DNA of 64,000 nucleotides from Macrostomum lignano (GCA_002269645.1 NIVC01002993.1:75451-139450), one strand, 5' to 3'; positions 1 to 14,214 are shown, counted from the stretch's first letter. Notes: generated by a model from the sequence alone, not told the origin. Numbers and translations: made by a program.

Positions 1-615
1 CTCTCCTCTTCTCCCCTTCTCTCCTCTCCCTTCTCTCTCCTTCTCCCCTTCTCTCCTCTCCCCTTCTCTCCTCTCCCCTTCTCTCCTCTCCCCTTCTCTC
101 CTTCTCCCCTTCTCTCCTCTCCCCTTCTCTCCTCTCCCCTTCTCTCCTCTCCCTTCTCTCCTCCCCCTTCTCTCCTCTCCCCTTCTCTCCTCCCCTTCTC
201 TCCTCTTCTCCCCTTCTCTCCTCTCCCCTTCTCTCCCCTTCTCCCCTTATCTCCTCTCCCATCTCTCCTCTCCCTTCTCTCCTCTCCCCTTCTCTCCTCC
301 CCCTTCTCTCCTCTTCTCCCCTTCTCTCCTCTCCCCTTCTTTCCTCTCCCCTTCTCTCCTCCCCTTCTCTCCTCTTCTCCCCTTCTCTCCTCTCCCCTTC
401 TCTCCCCTTCTCCCCTTATCTCCTCTCCCCATCTCTCCTCTCCCCTTCTCTCCTCTCCCCCTTCTCTCCTCTTCTCCCCTTCTCTCCTCTCCCCTTCTCT
501 CCTCTCCCCTTCTCTCTTCTCTCCTTCTCTCCTCTTCTCCCCTTCTCTCCCTTTCTCCCTTCTCTCCTCTTCTCCCCTTCTCCCTCTTTCTTTCCCCTCT
601 TCTCCCCTTTCTCCT
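1..615. repeat. CT-only degenerate tandem repeat
   Basis: ctctcctctccccttct-like units, inside the complemented block. Confidence 0.9.
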
Positions 616-907
616 CTCCTTTTTCCCACTTTGTCTCCCTCTACTTCTGTCTTATAATTCTTTTGACTTCGCGTAATTACTCTATGTCTTTTTTTCGAAA
701 TCTTTTTCTCTCTTTTATGTTTCCTTATAGTTGTTCTGTTCTCTACCCTGAGGCCCTTTAGAATTGCTACCCGAGAATTTTGCTAAGAGTCAAGACCTAA
801 TCTGTCTCGCAAATACGCGTTTGGCAGACCAAGGGTTTGGGTGTAAACTATGAGCTAGACAAAACGTATTAAGGTTCTGCCGCGTTAGTGTTTAAAGTCC
901 CAAAAAA

Positions 908-1101
908 AGTTACAGGCGGCGCAGGAGCCGGCGGAGGCGCTGGCGGCGGGGGCGCAGGCGCGGCGCGGGGGACGGCGCGGCCGGCGGGCCGACCGGGGCT
1001 GCTTTGGCCTATAGGAATCAGAGTTTGTTCGGGCGGTCCAGCAACAGCGTCTTTTACGTCGGCCAGTCCATCGGGACGCCGAGCGAACTCGGCGAGACGA
1101 A
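908..1101. CDS. TOP3B: TOP3B exon 8 (last CxxC plus RGG tail), same backwards-read orientation
   Basis: Reverse read from 1101: TTATTTCAG|AAG CAG gives KQSGSSEPQGYLTGCIFCDNDLAGLFETKDIRFRRGQPGGRRGRGRG. A 1-nt shift is then needed to reach GRGGGGRGGGRGRGGH-TGA (910-908); the unshifted frame ends at 799. Confidence 0.85.
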
Positions 1102-1344
1102 GACTTTATTGCTCGTTTCCCAATCCCACCGCCACTCCGGCCGCTCCGCACCGCAGTAGCGCACAAAAATTTATTTTATTGTGTTTGCGCGCGTTTTCGT
1201 AGCGCTTCGGATTAATTCCGTCTCGAAGATTTTCCGAAGGGCTCAATCTTTAACAGACGAAAGCCACTCGTTCGGCGTAGTCCTGACGTCTTCTATTAAT
1301 TTGCCGTTTCTGCTGATTTCTACTGCTGTTTCCTCTTTCTCTCC

Positions 1345-1964
<620 letters not shown>

Positions 1965-2516
1965 GCTCCCGATAGGGTTTTCATTCAAAGCGATACGATA
2001 TTTTCTGTTTGATCACTGGGTTTTTAGTTGTTTTGAAACGTTGACGTTTTACTTGAGTATCAATGAGATGCTCATGTTTAAACGGCGGCTCCAGTTGCGT
2101 CAGAGTAATCTCCATGTACACGTCGAAAATCTATGGATGTACGGCCCTCTCAATAGCGTCTATTGTCACCATGGATCAATAATCCTCTCCATGGATCTAT
2201 GGTCTTCTCTCATAGATCCATTGTCCTCTTGGTCCTCTCATGATATGGATGTGCATCTATGTTCCTCTCTTTGGATCTACGGTCCTCTCTCATGGATCTA
2301 CGGTCCTCTCCATGGATCTACGGTACTCTCCGTTGGATCTATGTTCCTGTCCATGGATCTACGATCCTCCCTCATGTACCTATGGTCTTATCATGGATCA
2401 ATGCTTCTCTTTATTGGGTCTCTATAGGCGGCTGTTTCTTTTCCATGGGCTAATTCTTATTGATATAGTCCCTACTACTTTTTGTTGTTTTCCATGTATT
2501 TCATGTATTCCGAGTG

Positions 2517-3346
2517 GACCAATCTCTTGTCAGCTTGGGCTAATCGTAACGTGGATCTTGTGACTAGTCCGTCGTGCCGGTCAAATCACTGCGTTAACAG
2601 GTGGAACTCGGGCTGTAGCGTGACTAACGTATCGTGAAATTTAAATCCGCCTCGTCACCTTAGGTGTTGGTTATGCGGCCTAACCGTCCGCCGCGTCGGC
2701 AGCTACGGCAATCTGACCTGCCTGACGCCCGTCCAGCCCACCGACGTGACTAACGTCGGCGACGGAAAGAAGTATAGGAGCTTACCGCCTAATCGCATCG
2801 TTATGCCCGTGTTACCCTTCGAGAAACTTAAGCACGGGACTCAGGTATCATGATTAAGCTTTAGCAGGTTCCCTGTAAACTCGAGGAACATGACGGCTTA
2901 TCTCGGGTAGACCCCGTCTAACATTCACAGCAACGTTACGCTCGTCACGTCGGCGACCCCGGCCCACCGTTGATTAAAGTATATCGCGAACGTGAACGGC
3001 GTGGCTCTGTCGCCGAAAGGCCTGAGCGTGTCGCCTAGCTTGCTGTGGAGTTTGTCCAGCAGGTAACGCCTTTACACGAGGTGTTTCATCGCTTTGAACC
3101 GGCTTTTCTACAGGTTACGCACGAAGTTATGCCGAAACATTAGCCGAACCGGTGCTCGCTACTCCAAGTCGACGAGAAGCTGGCGGCTCGCGTAGACGCC
3201 GTCCCGGTCGAGAAACAGCTAGAAGAGCATCGGTACGTGGTCGTGCTACGGGTCGAGGCAACCGTAGTCGAACGCCGGCCCGTCGTCGACGTGTATCAAG
3301 GCGAGGTACTACAAGACTTACACGTGGCCCTACGACCGCAGGCACG
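2517..3346. CDS. TOP3B: TOP3B exon 7 (end of core plus Cys-rich Zn-ribbon region), encoded only when the + strand is read backwards without complementing
   Basis: Reverse read 3346->2517: GGCAG|GC ACG GAC GCC gives (G)TDASIPVHIQNIMERNYV...CGKCKRYMKL...LHCSHCNDTYNLPQ...CPLDDFELVLW...CPYCYANPPF...FSNQ|GTGAGC. 830 nt with no stop. Phase 1 matches the exon 6 donor. Confidence 0.93.
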
Positions 3347-3392
3347 GACGGCCAAAACCCCGTTCCCTCGCGCACCGTCAATCTCACCTACG

Positions 3393-3683
<291 letters not shown>

Positions 3684-5228
3684 AGTATCTAACCTTAGGA
3701 TTTACATGAAATTTATTTTGGGCATTTACATTAAATACACTTAAGAGACTCTGCTTTGACTTAATCTTCATTTCTATTTTAGCTCTTTTTGGCAAGAGAA
3801 TTGTTTTAGTGCACTGAAAATCCAAGAGTTTCCTGTAGGCCCTGCCTACCTGCAAGAACTTTGCACTCGTTAATTTTAGAATCAGTTCCCGTCGCCTCGC
3901 GGGCACTGTTGACGCGCCCTCGGCATCGCCCTCTCCCCCGTCCTGTTGTCTGAGTTTTGACGGTTCAAACCTTACGATCTTCTTCAGCCGCGCCCTGAAA
4001 CTCCATTGATTTCAAAAACAATCTGTGGGTGCGTGAGAATTTATTTATTTTTACCTTTGGGGTGCCAATTCCTCTCTGTTTCTTGGCGAAACTCTGTGGC
4101 TACCTCGGTCAAACCGAGGCCTCTTCCCCCCCCCTATTTGATCTATTTCGATCAGAGCGAAGGCGGTACGGTTCCTTAAGATCTTACTCTAATACCTCAC
4201 TTCATTAGCAGTAAGGAAAGTCAGAAGTTTATATAAATTCGGTCGTGTTTTTTACCTGCTCCGAAACGAAAGTATTCTGGATTTTAAAATCTCGAAGGAT
4301 CTAAGAACTTTTAAAACTCCTTCAGTTTGTCCCACATGTCGCCGGGACTGATAGTTTAGCAGTCTGTACATGTGAGAGACACAGAACCCCCGACCGGGAG
4401 TACCGACACTGAGCGTACTGTCGCGGAACCGTTAAATAGTTAGAAAAGCCTGGGTCTTTATACTTCATATCCTTATTTTTCTAATATCGCCTGACTTATG
4501 ACGAAAAAACTTAAGACTAATAATCTATAACGCGTAAAATAATTAGTTCTAATCATCTGTTTAGGTCTAAAGATAAAAATCAGTAGGTACGTCGTTTGAA
4601 ACTGGGTGGATGCGTAACTTCTTTTAGTCATAAAAAAGATCAGACAGATGCGCGAATTATTTTTTTTGCTCGGTTTTCTCTGCTGTACATGTTGACGGCT
4701 GTTTCTATGGTCTACTACTCAGTGAGCGACCAAGTGACTCCAACATTTTGAGCCTCGTTAAGAAGAATTGACTGTTCTTTTAGCACGGTATGGCATAACG
4801 TGTCGCCGAAAGATGCCTGCCTGCGTGAAGATAAACGATGATCGTCTCCACCTGTCTGTCCAGAACTTGACGATTTGTAAAGGGTAAGTGTTAAGAAAGG
4901 TTAATCCGTCAACTCCTTTAAAGGGTCGTTGCGTTGCCGGAACCGAAAAGAAGAGGTGAGAGCTGTGGCAGCGTTGACGGGTGTGTGACCGCGGATAAAA
5001 ACCTACAAAAGAAAGTAGTTGTATTTGGTAGGGTCTGTCCTCATAGGTTTTATGAAAATCATCTCTTTTTAGCGCGGCCTTTAGTTCGCTTTTATCTCGG
5101 CCCCGCTTCTCACGTCGCACGTGTCGTCAGACTGTAAGGTAGTATGGTTTTTTCAGAGTAAAACAACCACCCAACAGCAGCGTTGGTTCCGAATCCGGAC
5201 CTGAACTTCTTCGCCTTTTTTCCCCACA

Positions 5229-5268
<40 letters not shown>

Positions 5269-5859
5269 GAGCACTGTTTGATGACATCTTTTAGACGGCG
5301 TAGAGGAGTGACGTAGGCCAGATCGTGCTCCAAATCGGTCGCAGTTGTTTTCGCCGTAATCTTAGGGCTAGACAAGAATCATCATATTGTCAGAAGATAA
5401 TACGATAGGCTCTTTCTGTGGTATTTGGTTGTGTACTGGGTCGGCTTGCAAATAACGTGCGCGAACGTTTTAACCGCTGCCCACACATTAAGGGCTGCGA
5501 ATATTCACGTTGTGCTCCAGCTTCTACAACCGTTTCGTCCGTCTTCCCTCACACGATAATAACGCTAGTGTGCTGATCTGGCCGTCGAAATATTGGAATT
5601 TGACAACCTAAGTCCTAAACAGAAGTCAAGTAGGCCGACCTCGACCTCGGAAAAGATGTTGATCAGACGATTGCCAAGCATAAATTAGCCAAGTAGCATT
5701 AATCTATATTTAGTTGGCGAAAGCAGTTTTGCTTCACCCATTGGCCTAGACTGCCAAGCTGTGACGCTACAAACATCTTTCATTTGGTCTACATCAACTC
5801 TCAACTTTCGCATACAATGTATTGTATAGCCAGAGTTAATTCCCAAATCAAAAGTTTGA

Positions 5860-6030
5860 ATAGATATCTAATTTCCTAATCTAAGGTTTGAATAGATATT
5901 TAATCCCCTAATCTAAGGTTTGAGTAGATATTTAATCCCCTAATCTAAGGTTTGAACAGCTATTTAATCCCCTAATCTAAGGTTTGAAAAGATATTTAAT
6001 CCCTTAATCTAAGGTTTGAATAGATATTTA
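5860..6030. repeat. 32-bp minisatellite, about 5 copies
   Basis: aaggtttgaatagatatttaatcccctaatct. Confidence 0.85.
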
Positions 6031-8096
6031 CGGAGCGACTAGATACAAATGAAAATCCTCCAAGATGCAAGCAGGTGAATCCAAGGTGTGACGAAAATCA
6101 ACGACAAAGCTATTTTCAATTTTTTTTAAGAGTTCCTAGGCAGCGAAAAAGTTAAAGTTCAGATTCTGTACGGTATGAAGCAAAGTGCGTACAACTAGAG
6201 GGCGCCTGAAGCATGCAAAGCATTTTAAAGTCCACAGTCGGCAACACGCCGTGCCGACAAACCAAGCAAAAATTGACACTTTACAACACTCAAATTCTGG
6301 ACGGCAAACCTGGACTAAAATAGTCTAACTGACTAGTGACGCAAAGAAGATAAAAAGTGCAGAGCACTTTGCTTAATGCCCTGTATCAGTGTTTACAACC
6401 ACTTCTGTTTGCTAAATAAACTTAGCTTACGTATAAACTTAGACTCTGTGCATAAAATAGGATTTTTCAGCTCTCAACTTGATTAGAGCTGAGCCTGAAA
6501 TGATTTGATTTAAACCCGTGACAAACTAGCCAGTGATAAAATCATTGTCAAGTGATAGAGTATAATGATTGTAGAGTTTCGGCCATAGACTAATACGATA
6601 AAAGTAACAATACAATTGCAGGGCTGCGGGCACCCTGACGCAACGCCTTCGCCCTTCGGTGACATCGTCCCACAAGCAGCGGTGAGGCAATTCTGCCCCA
6701 TTCCGCTGACACGTGAGCACATACTTCACGCTGACAGCGGGCCTGACTTTCTAATCATCAGGCATGTACACCCTGTGCCTTATGGGTTAGCCCTCAGCTC
6801 AGTTTTTGTGCACCACAAGCCACCAAATGAATGTGGCCGCGCAGTCGAGCACGGCATCAAACCAGGGGTCGTGGCGCGAGACAAGATCAGCAGACATGTT
6901 TACCGCTCCGCCTCTGACCATGCACTAACACTTCTTTATCACTTTATCACGTGACCAAAAAGGCTTTTAAGTGTCTCAGTAAGGCACTAAAAAAGGTCAA
7001 GAAATCCTTACTTACCGTTGAAAATACACGACTTGTTAAATTGTCTTGTCTGTAGGCATTTTCATCATAAAATGCTATTTTAAGGCTTGATAATGGGTGA
7101 AGAGAGGGCGCCTACAGGCAACAAGCCAACCAGAACCCGCCTCCCATTCTAGCCGACAAGGTCAAATTATCAGGGCGAACACAGGACAAGATCATGTGAC
7201 CTGAATGCCGCATGGCACAGGTAGGCTCACGGGCAGCGTCACTTAATGCAATCTAATTATCGTATTGGCATGTGTAGTTGGCACTAGGCAAGTTAATTAC
7301 ATGTACTAGCTCGCTGTGATATAAATAAACTTTATTCCAGTCCATTCACAATGAAATAACCTGAGAGACAGAGGCGACCTTTGATCAAGGTCAGGTAGGG
7401 CTGAGTAGTGAATCCTCACGTATAGAAACAATGTGCTGACTTCTGAGTTAACAAGGACAAAAAGCTCAACATTAGCTTTGAAAATGTCAACAAATTTCTT
7501 ATCAGTTAAACCGAACAAATAACTGCCGACTGACCGCTCAATACTCAATGCTCGTGTGCTCATGCTCACTTGCTTACAGGCTCTTAGTAACCAGCACATC
7601 GAGTTTCTCCATAATGCAATTAAGGAAAATCCCCCCGTCCGGGCGTCCCCGCCCTCAAAGATCGAGCCATCGCTCGTCCCTAAGATCACGTGATGCCCTT
7701 GGCGTAGGAGTGGCTGGCTGGCTCCTTCAGCTCCCTTGGGGGAGGATGCTAGCTAGCTAGCTAATGGGAAAGATTTTTGGGCCTTCCACGAAAGAAAAAA
7801 TAGAAACACAGAAACGGCAGGATGACGAAATCTCTGTGAGGGAGGGGAGGGGAGCCAATCCAGACCGATGGGCCCACCCGCCCCCGCCCAGCCACTCCAT
7901 TCATGGCTGCCATTTCGGTACAACTATGGAATGGGGGAGAGAGGTGAAGAGCCCCCGAAACTGTGTATAAATACGAGCCCAAGGTTAACACTTTTTGCCT
8001 GTCTGAAAGAGCGCCAAGCTTCAGATTTTAACACCGCTTAAAGTCTTTAATTGTTGGAAAGAAATCAGTTTTTGATTCAACAGACCGAAGACAACA

Positions 8097-8169
8097 ATGG
8101 CAAGGACTTCGCAAGTTGGCCTAATAGTTGTGTCTCTGCTACTTGTGCTGGGCATGACCAACGGAATGG
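8097..8169 (+). CDS. Nested secreted-protein gene, exon 1 (signal peptide)
   Basis: acaacaATGG start context. MARTSQVGLIVVSLLLVLGMTNGM has a basic n-region and hydrophobic h-region. G|GTAGG donor, phase 1. Confidence 0.7.
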
Positions 8170-8268
8170 GTAGGCCGTTAATTGTTTAATTGTTATTAAT
8201 CTCATAATTGCAAGTAAGTTTAAATCACTATATTAACTATATTTTTATCATCCTTTCCAATTGTCAAG

Positions 8269-8609
8269 ACCTGTTGCGCCGTTCTCGTCGGTCGAAGGAA
8301 AACGATCCCAACATGACTTCGTACGAGGAGGACTGCCCAAACGGACTCATCGCCTATCTGAAGTTCAACACGCGTACAGGCGTGTTTGATTGCGCAATCA
8401 AAACGGCCGAGATCTGCCTGGCTCTCTGCCAGCTAGTTGAAAGCGTCAACTGGGACATTAGTAACACGCTGAGCATGCGGGACCAGGAGGACAGGGACCA
8501 GTGGTACTGCAGGGCTCTGCCAGGCTACCCAACCAGGCCCTGCTTCTTCAAGCCGAGGCATCAGATTGAAGACGACGTGGATCGGATGTTTAGGTACGAG
8601 TGGCCTTAG
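8269..8609 (+). CDS. Nested secreted-protein gene, exon 2 (furin-type site, 6 Cys)
   Basis: Pyrimidine tract then TCAAG|AC after a 99-nt intron. Splicing gives GAC in frame with ORF 8208..8609: DLLRRSRRS...C..C..C..C..C..C...FRYEWP*. Confidence 0.7.
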
Positions 8610-10194
8610 TGGCCAGTCAGTCTGACTGAGATTGCAATTCCCGGCTGTTCGAACACCTCGGATTTATTATTATTAATCAAATATAGAGATGTCAGACGCG
8701 TTTAATACATGACTGGCCACCCACGGAACATTTAAATTTGTTATAATAGTCTTTGTTGCCGCTACTCCCAGCTACACTTGATGTTGTACAAAATATATTA
8801 TATCATATATTATTAATTACTGTGTAATTGCTCGCATAAAATTTGCAATATCTAACCAATGCGCATACTATAACAAAAGAAAACTGAGTCACATTTTTAA
8901 CGTACGGTACGGGTTACGGCAGCTTGATTGGATATTTTTTCTATGTTCATTTATAATTGTTATTATTTTAGATTTTTTTCCTCAGCTGTGTTCATGTGTT
9001 TCCCGTTTTTTTTTCTTTTCCAAAATGCAATGTTTTAACAATGGTAATAATAACAGTCGTTAGGAACTGCTACAGCAATTGGCCGCTTATTATAAATATA
9101 CGAAGACGCACTCCAGCTGATTGCCTGAACTAAGCGTCTAGAAGCATTGTCAGAAACTGACAGAGAAATCGAAATAATCTTAGACTTTTTTGGCTTCAAA
9201 CCAAGTGAGTGACACGGGTGGGTGAAGTTTCGCGTTTATGAAAGTGACTACAATTTTTTTAGCGGTATTGAAGTTTCGCGGTTGTGAAAGTGGGTGATTT
9301 AGCGGTTGTGAAATTTTGCGTTTGTGAAAGCAACCGAGTGACACTTTATGAAAGGTCACCTCTAGCACTTCTTTAATAAGTAGGTCACAGCAAAGTTCTT
9401 AGAGTGAATTTCTATTTAAAAAACCGGGCAATAAACATTTCCGTGCGCAGCTGCGGTGGCTCGGAAAAAGTCTTGCTAATTGGCGGAATTTTCCATCGGG
9501 GAAAACTTGCTAGTTATAATAAATTTCACAAAAAACATTCTTAATACGCTACTCAAACAAATTAACAGTAGCAAGATAAGCAAGTAGTAGTTAAGAAAAT
9601 GGAATGAAAAGGACATATGTTGTGTCAAACTCGCGAATTAATGACAGAATAAAGTCTCAGAATTAAAAGCACAGGTTGGATTCAGTGTGCGGTCACATTA
9701 ATTTGAGGCTTGTGCACAAATACGAGTATTTTGGCCTTGGGCTTGTTGTGCGATTCATGTTCATGAGGGCCAACCCTAAGGCACAGAGTGTGCATGCCTG
9801 AGGATGAGAAAGTCACGGAGGCTGTACGAACCGTAGACCATGTGTGAGTGTGTGCGTGCTCAGGGTCAGAGGAATGGGCCTGACTGGGCTCCGCAGCCAT
9901 CGAGGAGGCAAGCAAATCCCACTACAAACAAACAAACAAACAAACAAGCAAAAAGCAAAAAGCAAACAAACAACCAAGCAAGCGAACAACTAAGCAACAA
10001 TCAAGCAAGCAAACAAAGCCCTATAATGAACAGTCTATTTGCAAACTAATTGCAAAAACCTGCATTGACTGACTACTATCTAGGGAAAAGTTAGTACTGC
10101 AGATTCTGCTAGAAGATCTAATGGGTCCTCACACATCTTAAACAGACCTAACTGTTCTCAGAAAATAGAACTTTTATAAATAAGCGCTACTCAC

Positions 10195-10478
10195 CGATGC
10201 CGTGCTTCTCCATCAGGCTAATTAGCTCAGACTCTGTTAGGTAATCTGGCGGCCCAGTCTGGCCCTCCCCAATGCCAGCCTCGGTGATAGGAAACTCCTG
10301 GCCGGGCTTGCGGGTGCCAAGCGCCGCGGTCTCCTGCACGGCTAGCCAGGGCTGCGCCTGGGTGAAGCCCGGATCCAGCAGGCGGGTCCCGGAGCAGGAG
10401 AACTCCTCAGGCCCGACAGTCAGGCTTACTGTAGTCAGCTCGTATTTGGCATCTGGCAGCAGCGTGGCCAGGTAGTGC
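10195..10478 (-). CDS. TOP3B: TOP3B exon 6
   Basis: CTCAG|G acceptor. (R)HYLATLLPDAKY...GFTQAQPW...PPDYLTESELISLMEKHGIG. G|GTGAG donor, phase 1. Confidence 0.95.
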
Positions 10479-10514
10479 CTGAGGAAAATTAGTGCCTCAG
10501 GGAATCAGAAGACG

Positions 10515-12495
10515 GGAAAGGACTTGCATTAGGGCATTAAGATACGGGAAAGGACTTGCATTAGGGCATTAAGATACGGGAAAGGACTTGCATTAGGGCA
10601 TTAAGATACGGGAAAGGACTTGCATTAGGGCATTAAGATACGGTAAAGGACTTGCATTAGGGCATTAAGATACGGGAAAGGACTTGCATTAGGGCATTAA
10701 GATACGGGAAAGGACTTGCATTAGGGCATTAAGATACGGGAAAGGACTTGCATTAGGGCATTAAGATACGGGAAAGGACTTGCATTAGGGCATTAAGATA
10801 CGGTAAAGGACTTGCATTAGGGCATTAAGATACGGGAAAGGACTTGCATTAGGGCATTAAGATACGGGAAAGGACTTGCATTAGGGCATTAAGATACGGT
10901 AAAGGACTTGCATTAGGGCATTAAGATACGGTAAAGGACTTGCATTAGGGCATTAAGATACGGGAAAGGACTTGCATTAGGGCATTAAGATACGGTAAAG
11001 GACTTGCATTAGGGCATTAAGATACGGTAAAGGACTTGAATTAGGGCATTAAGATACGGGAAAGGACTTGCATTAGGGCATTAAGATACGGGAAAGGACT
11101 TGCATTAGGGCATTAAGATACGGGAAAGGACTTGCATTAGGGCATTAAGATACGGGAAAGGACTTGCATTAGGGCATTAAGATACGGGAAAGGACTTGCA
11201 TTAGGGCATTAAGATACGGGAAAGGACTTGCATTAGGGCATTAAGATACGGTAAAGGACTTGCATTAGGGCATTAAGATACGGGAAAGGACTTGCATTAG
11301 GGCATTAAGATACGGGAAAGGACTTGCATTAGGGCATTAAGATACGGGAAAGGACTTGCATTAGGGCATTAAGATACGGGAAAGGACTTGCATTAGGGCA
11401 TTAAGATACGGGAAAGGACTTGCATTAGGGCATTAAGATACGGGAAAGGACTTGCATTAGGGCATTAAGATACGGGAAAGGACTTGCATTAGGGCATTAA
11501 GATACGGTAAAGGACTTGCATTAGGGCATTAAGATACGGGAAAGGACTTGCATTAGGGCATTAAGATACGGGAAAGGACTTGCATTAGGGCATTAAGATA
11601 CGGGAAAGGACTTGCATTAGGGCATTAAGATATGTAAAAGGAATCGCATTAGGGCATTAGGGAACGGGAAAGAACTCGGATTAAGGAACGGGAAAGGACT
11701 CGCATTAGGGCATTAATTAGGATATGGGAAAGGACTCGGATTAGGGCATTAGGATTACGGGAGGGGACTCGGATTAGGGTATTAGGATACGGGAAAGGAC
11801 TCGTATTAGGGAACGGGAAAGGAATCGCATTAGGGAATTAAGGAACGGGAAAGGACTCGCATTAGGGAATTAAGGAACGGGAAAGGACATTAGGATTGCG
11901 GAAAAGAACTCGGATTAGGGCATTAGGGAACGTGAAAGGACTCAGATTAGGGCATTAGGGAATAGAAAAGGACTCGGATTAGGGAACGGGAAAGGACTCG
12001 AATTAGGGAATTAAGGATCACGGGAAAGGACATTAGGATTGCGGAAAAGAACTCTGATTAGGGCATTAGGGAACGTGAACGGACTCAGATTAGGGCATTA
12101 GGGAATAGAAAAGGACTCAGATTAGGGCATTAGGGAATGGAAAAGGACTCGGATTAGGGCATTAGGGAACGTGAAAGGACTCAGATTAGGGCATTAGGGA
12201 ATGGAAAAGGACTCGGATTAGGGCATTAGGGTACGGGAAAGGACTCAGATTAGGGCATTAGGGAATGGAAAAGGACTCAGATTAGGGCATTAGGGAATAG
12301 AAAAGGACTCGGATTAGGGCATTAGGGAACGTGAAAGGACTCAGATTAGGGCATTAGGGAATGGAAAAGGACTCGGATTAGGGCATTAGGGTACGGGAAA
12401 GGACTCAGATTAGGGCATTAGGGAATGGAAAAGGACTCAGATTAGGGCATTAGGGAATAGAAAAGGACTCGGATTAGGGTACGGGAAAGGACTCA
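10515..12495. repeat. 32-bp TTAGGG-containing minisatellite filling TOP3B intron 5
   Basis: gatacgggaaaggacttgcattagggcattaa, homogeneous to about 11630 and then degenerate. Confidence 0.93.
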
Positions 12496-12523
12496 TAACC
12501 GACCTTAAATGACTTGCACACAC

Positions 12524-12913
12524 CTGACAACCATCTCGTAGAGACGCCAGGCGTCCCCGCTCAGCTCGTTCTGGCCAACAGCCCTAGTCGGCGTTATTGG
12601 CGGATGATCGCCGACGTCGGCGCCTTTGCGCGGCTTAGTGAGGCCGGCGCTGATCGCCGCCTGGGCCAATTCGCGCCAATCTGGACAGTCGCGCAGCTGA
12701 TTAACTGGGCCGCGCAAATCGAACGAGTCCGGATAGCTGGTTGTCTCCGTGCGCGGATAGCTGATGTAGCCCTGTGTGTACAGCCGCTCCGCTACAGCCA
12801 TGGTCTGCTGCGGGCCCATGCCCAGGCCCGAGCTGGCCGTACGAAGCATCTCCACTGTATTGAGAGCCTGGGGTCTCGGCTTCGATTTCTCCTGCTTGCG
12901 GACGTCCGTGACG
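12524..12913 (-). CDS. TOP3B: TOP3B exon 5 (catalytic tyrosine)
   Basis: GGCAG|C acceptor, phase-compatible with exon 4. RPQALNTVEMLR...AERLYTQGYISYPRTET...DHPPITP includes the active-site GYISYPRTET. AG|GTGTG donor. Confidence 0.97.
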
Positions 12914-13039
12914 CTGCCAGAATGGGGGACGAAAAATACCGTTCACATTCCGAATTGAAAACCTAGTCCGAACAAAGACCACAATAGTAACCAAAGGTCA
13001 AGGATCAAGACCATGATAGGGACCAGAGCAAAGACAAAG

Positions 13040-13530
13040 AACTGGATTTAAGATTACTCTCGTAGGATCAGAACAGAGACTACTCTTGTAGGAACAGAAC
13101 AGAGACTACTCTATTAGGATCAGAACAGAGACTACTCTTGTAGGAACAGAACAAAGACTTACTCTCGTAGGATCAAAAAGACTACTCTCTTAGAATTAGA
13201 ACAAAGAATTACTCTCGTAGGATCAGAACAGAGACTACTCTTGTTGGAACAGAACAGAGACTACTCTATTAGGATCAGAACAGAGACTACTCTTGTAGGA
13301 ACAGAACAAAGACTTACTCTCGTAGGATCAAAAAGACTACTCTCTTAGAATTAGAACAAAGAATTACTCTCGTAGGATCAGAACAAAGACTACTCTCGTA
13401 GGATCAGAACAAAGACTACTCTCGTAGGATCAGAACAAAGACTACTCTCGTAGGATTATAACATACTACTATCGTAGAATCTTAACAAAGACTACTCTTG
13501 TCGGATGTAGGATCAGAACAAAGACTAGAA
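13040..13530. repeat. ~26-bp minisatellite
   Basis: gactactctcgtaggatcagaacaaa variants. Confidence 0.85.
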
Positions 13531-14214
13531 TCGGGACAAGGAACTTAAATAAGAAACATGATTTGTTTAGAATCGGTATGAGAAGCCGAAGCCCGGGATT
13601 ACGACAAATACCAAAATTGGGAATAAGATAAGATCGGAACAAAGACAAGCATTCGGACTAAGACTAGGCAAGGAAAGAGACATGATCAAGATCAGGACCT
13701 AGGCTAGGCTAAAGAAGACCTAAGATCGGGGTAGCAGGGACACCTGATAAAATTATATATTGAATTCAATGGAAAAAATATTTGCGATTTATATAAGCAT
13801 GAATGTTTACCAATTAAAAAATTCTCAACGTACTACTTGTCTCTATAAAATAATAGAATGCCTAGACAACCTGGGATATATCAAGCTTATTTATGGAATC
13901 AATAAATCAATCAGTCAGCAAACCAACTAGTATCGCATGCCTGAAAGCTTTTAAAAATGTAAGACTACAAACTATACTAAATATTATAAGTACTAATGTG
14001 CTATAGCCGGCATATAAATGGCTAATGGGTTTGACCTAAGAAGCAGAAGACAGACACAGAGAGAAGGCTGATAAAACCTAGTGAAATCCATCAGTGAGGG
14101 ATAACATGAAAGTGCTTTCGCTTTAACCAAACAAACACGCACAATAGTTTGGATAAATATGTAACCGAATTCTGATTTTATCCGGATAAAAAATTAACGT
14201 CTGAAAGTTTGTAC

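Noticed and set aside
3900-4010. GC-rich segment ending in gag|gtaact after complement correction; possible hidden exon
   Set aside because: Only a donor-like motif, with no convincing frame or acceptor. Worth rechecking after correction.
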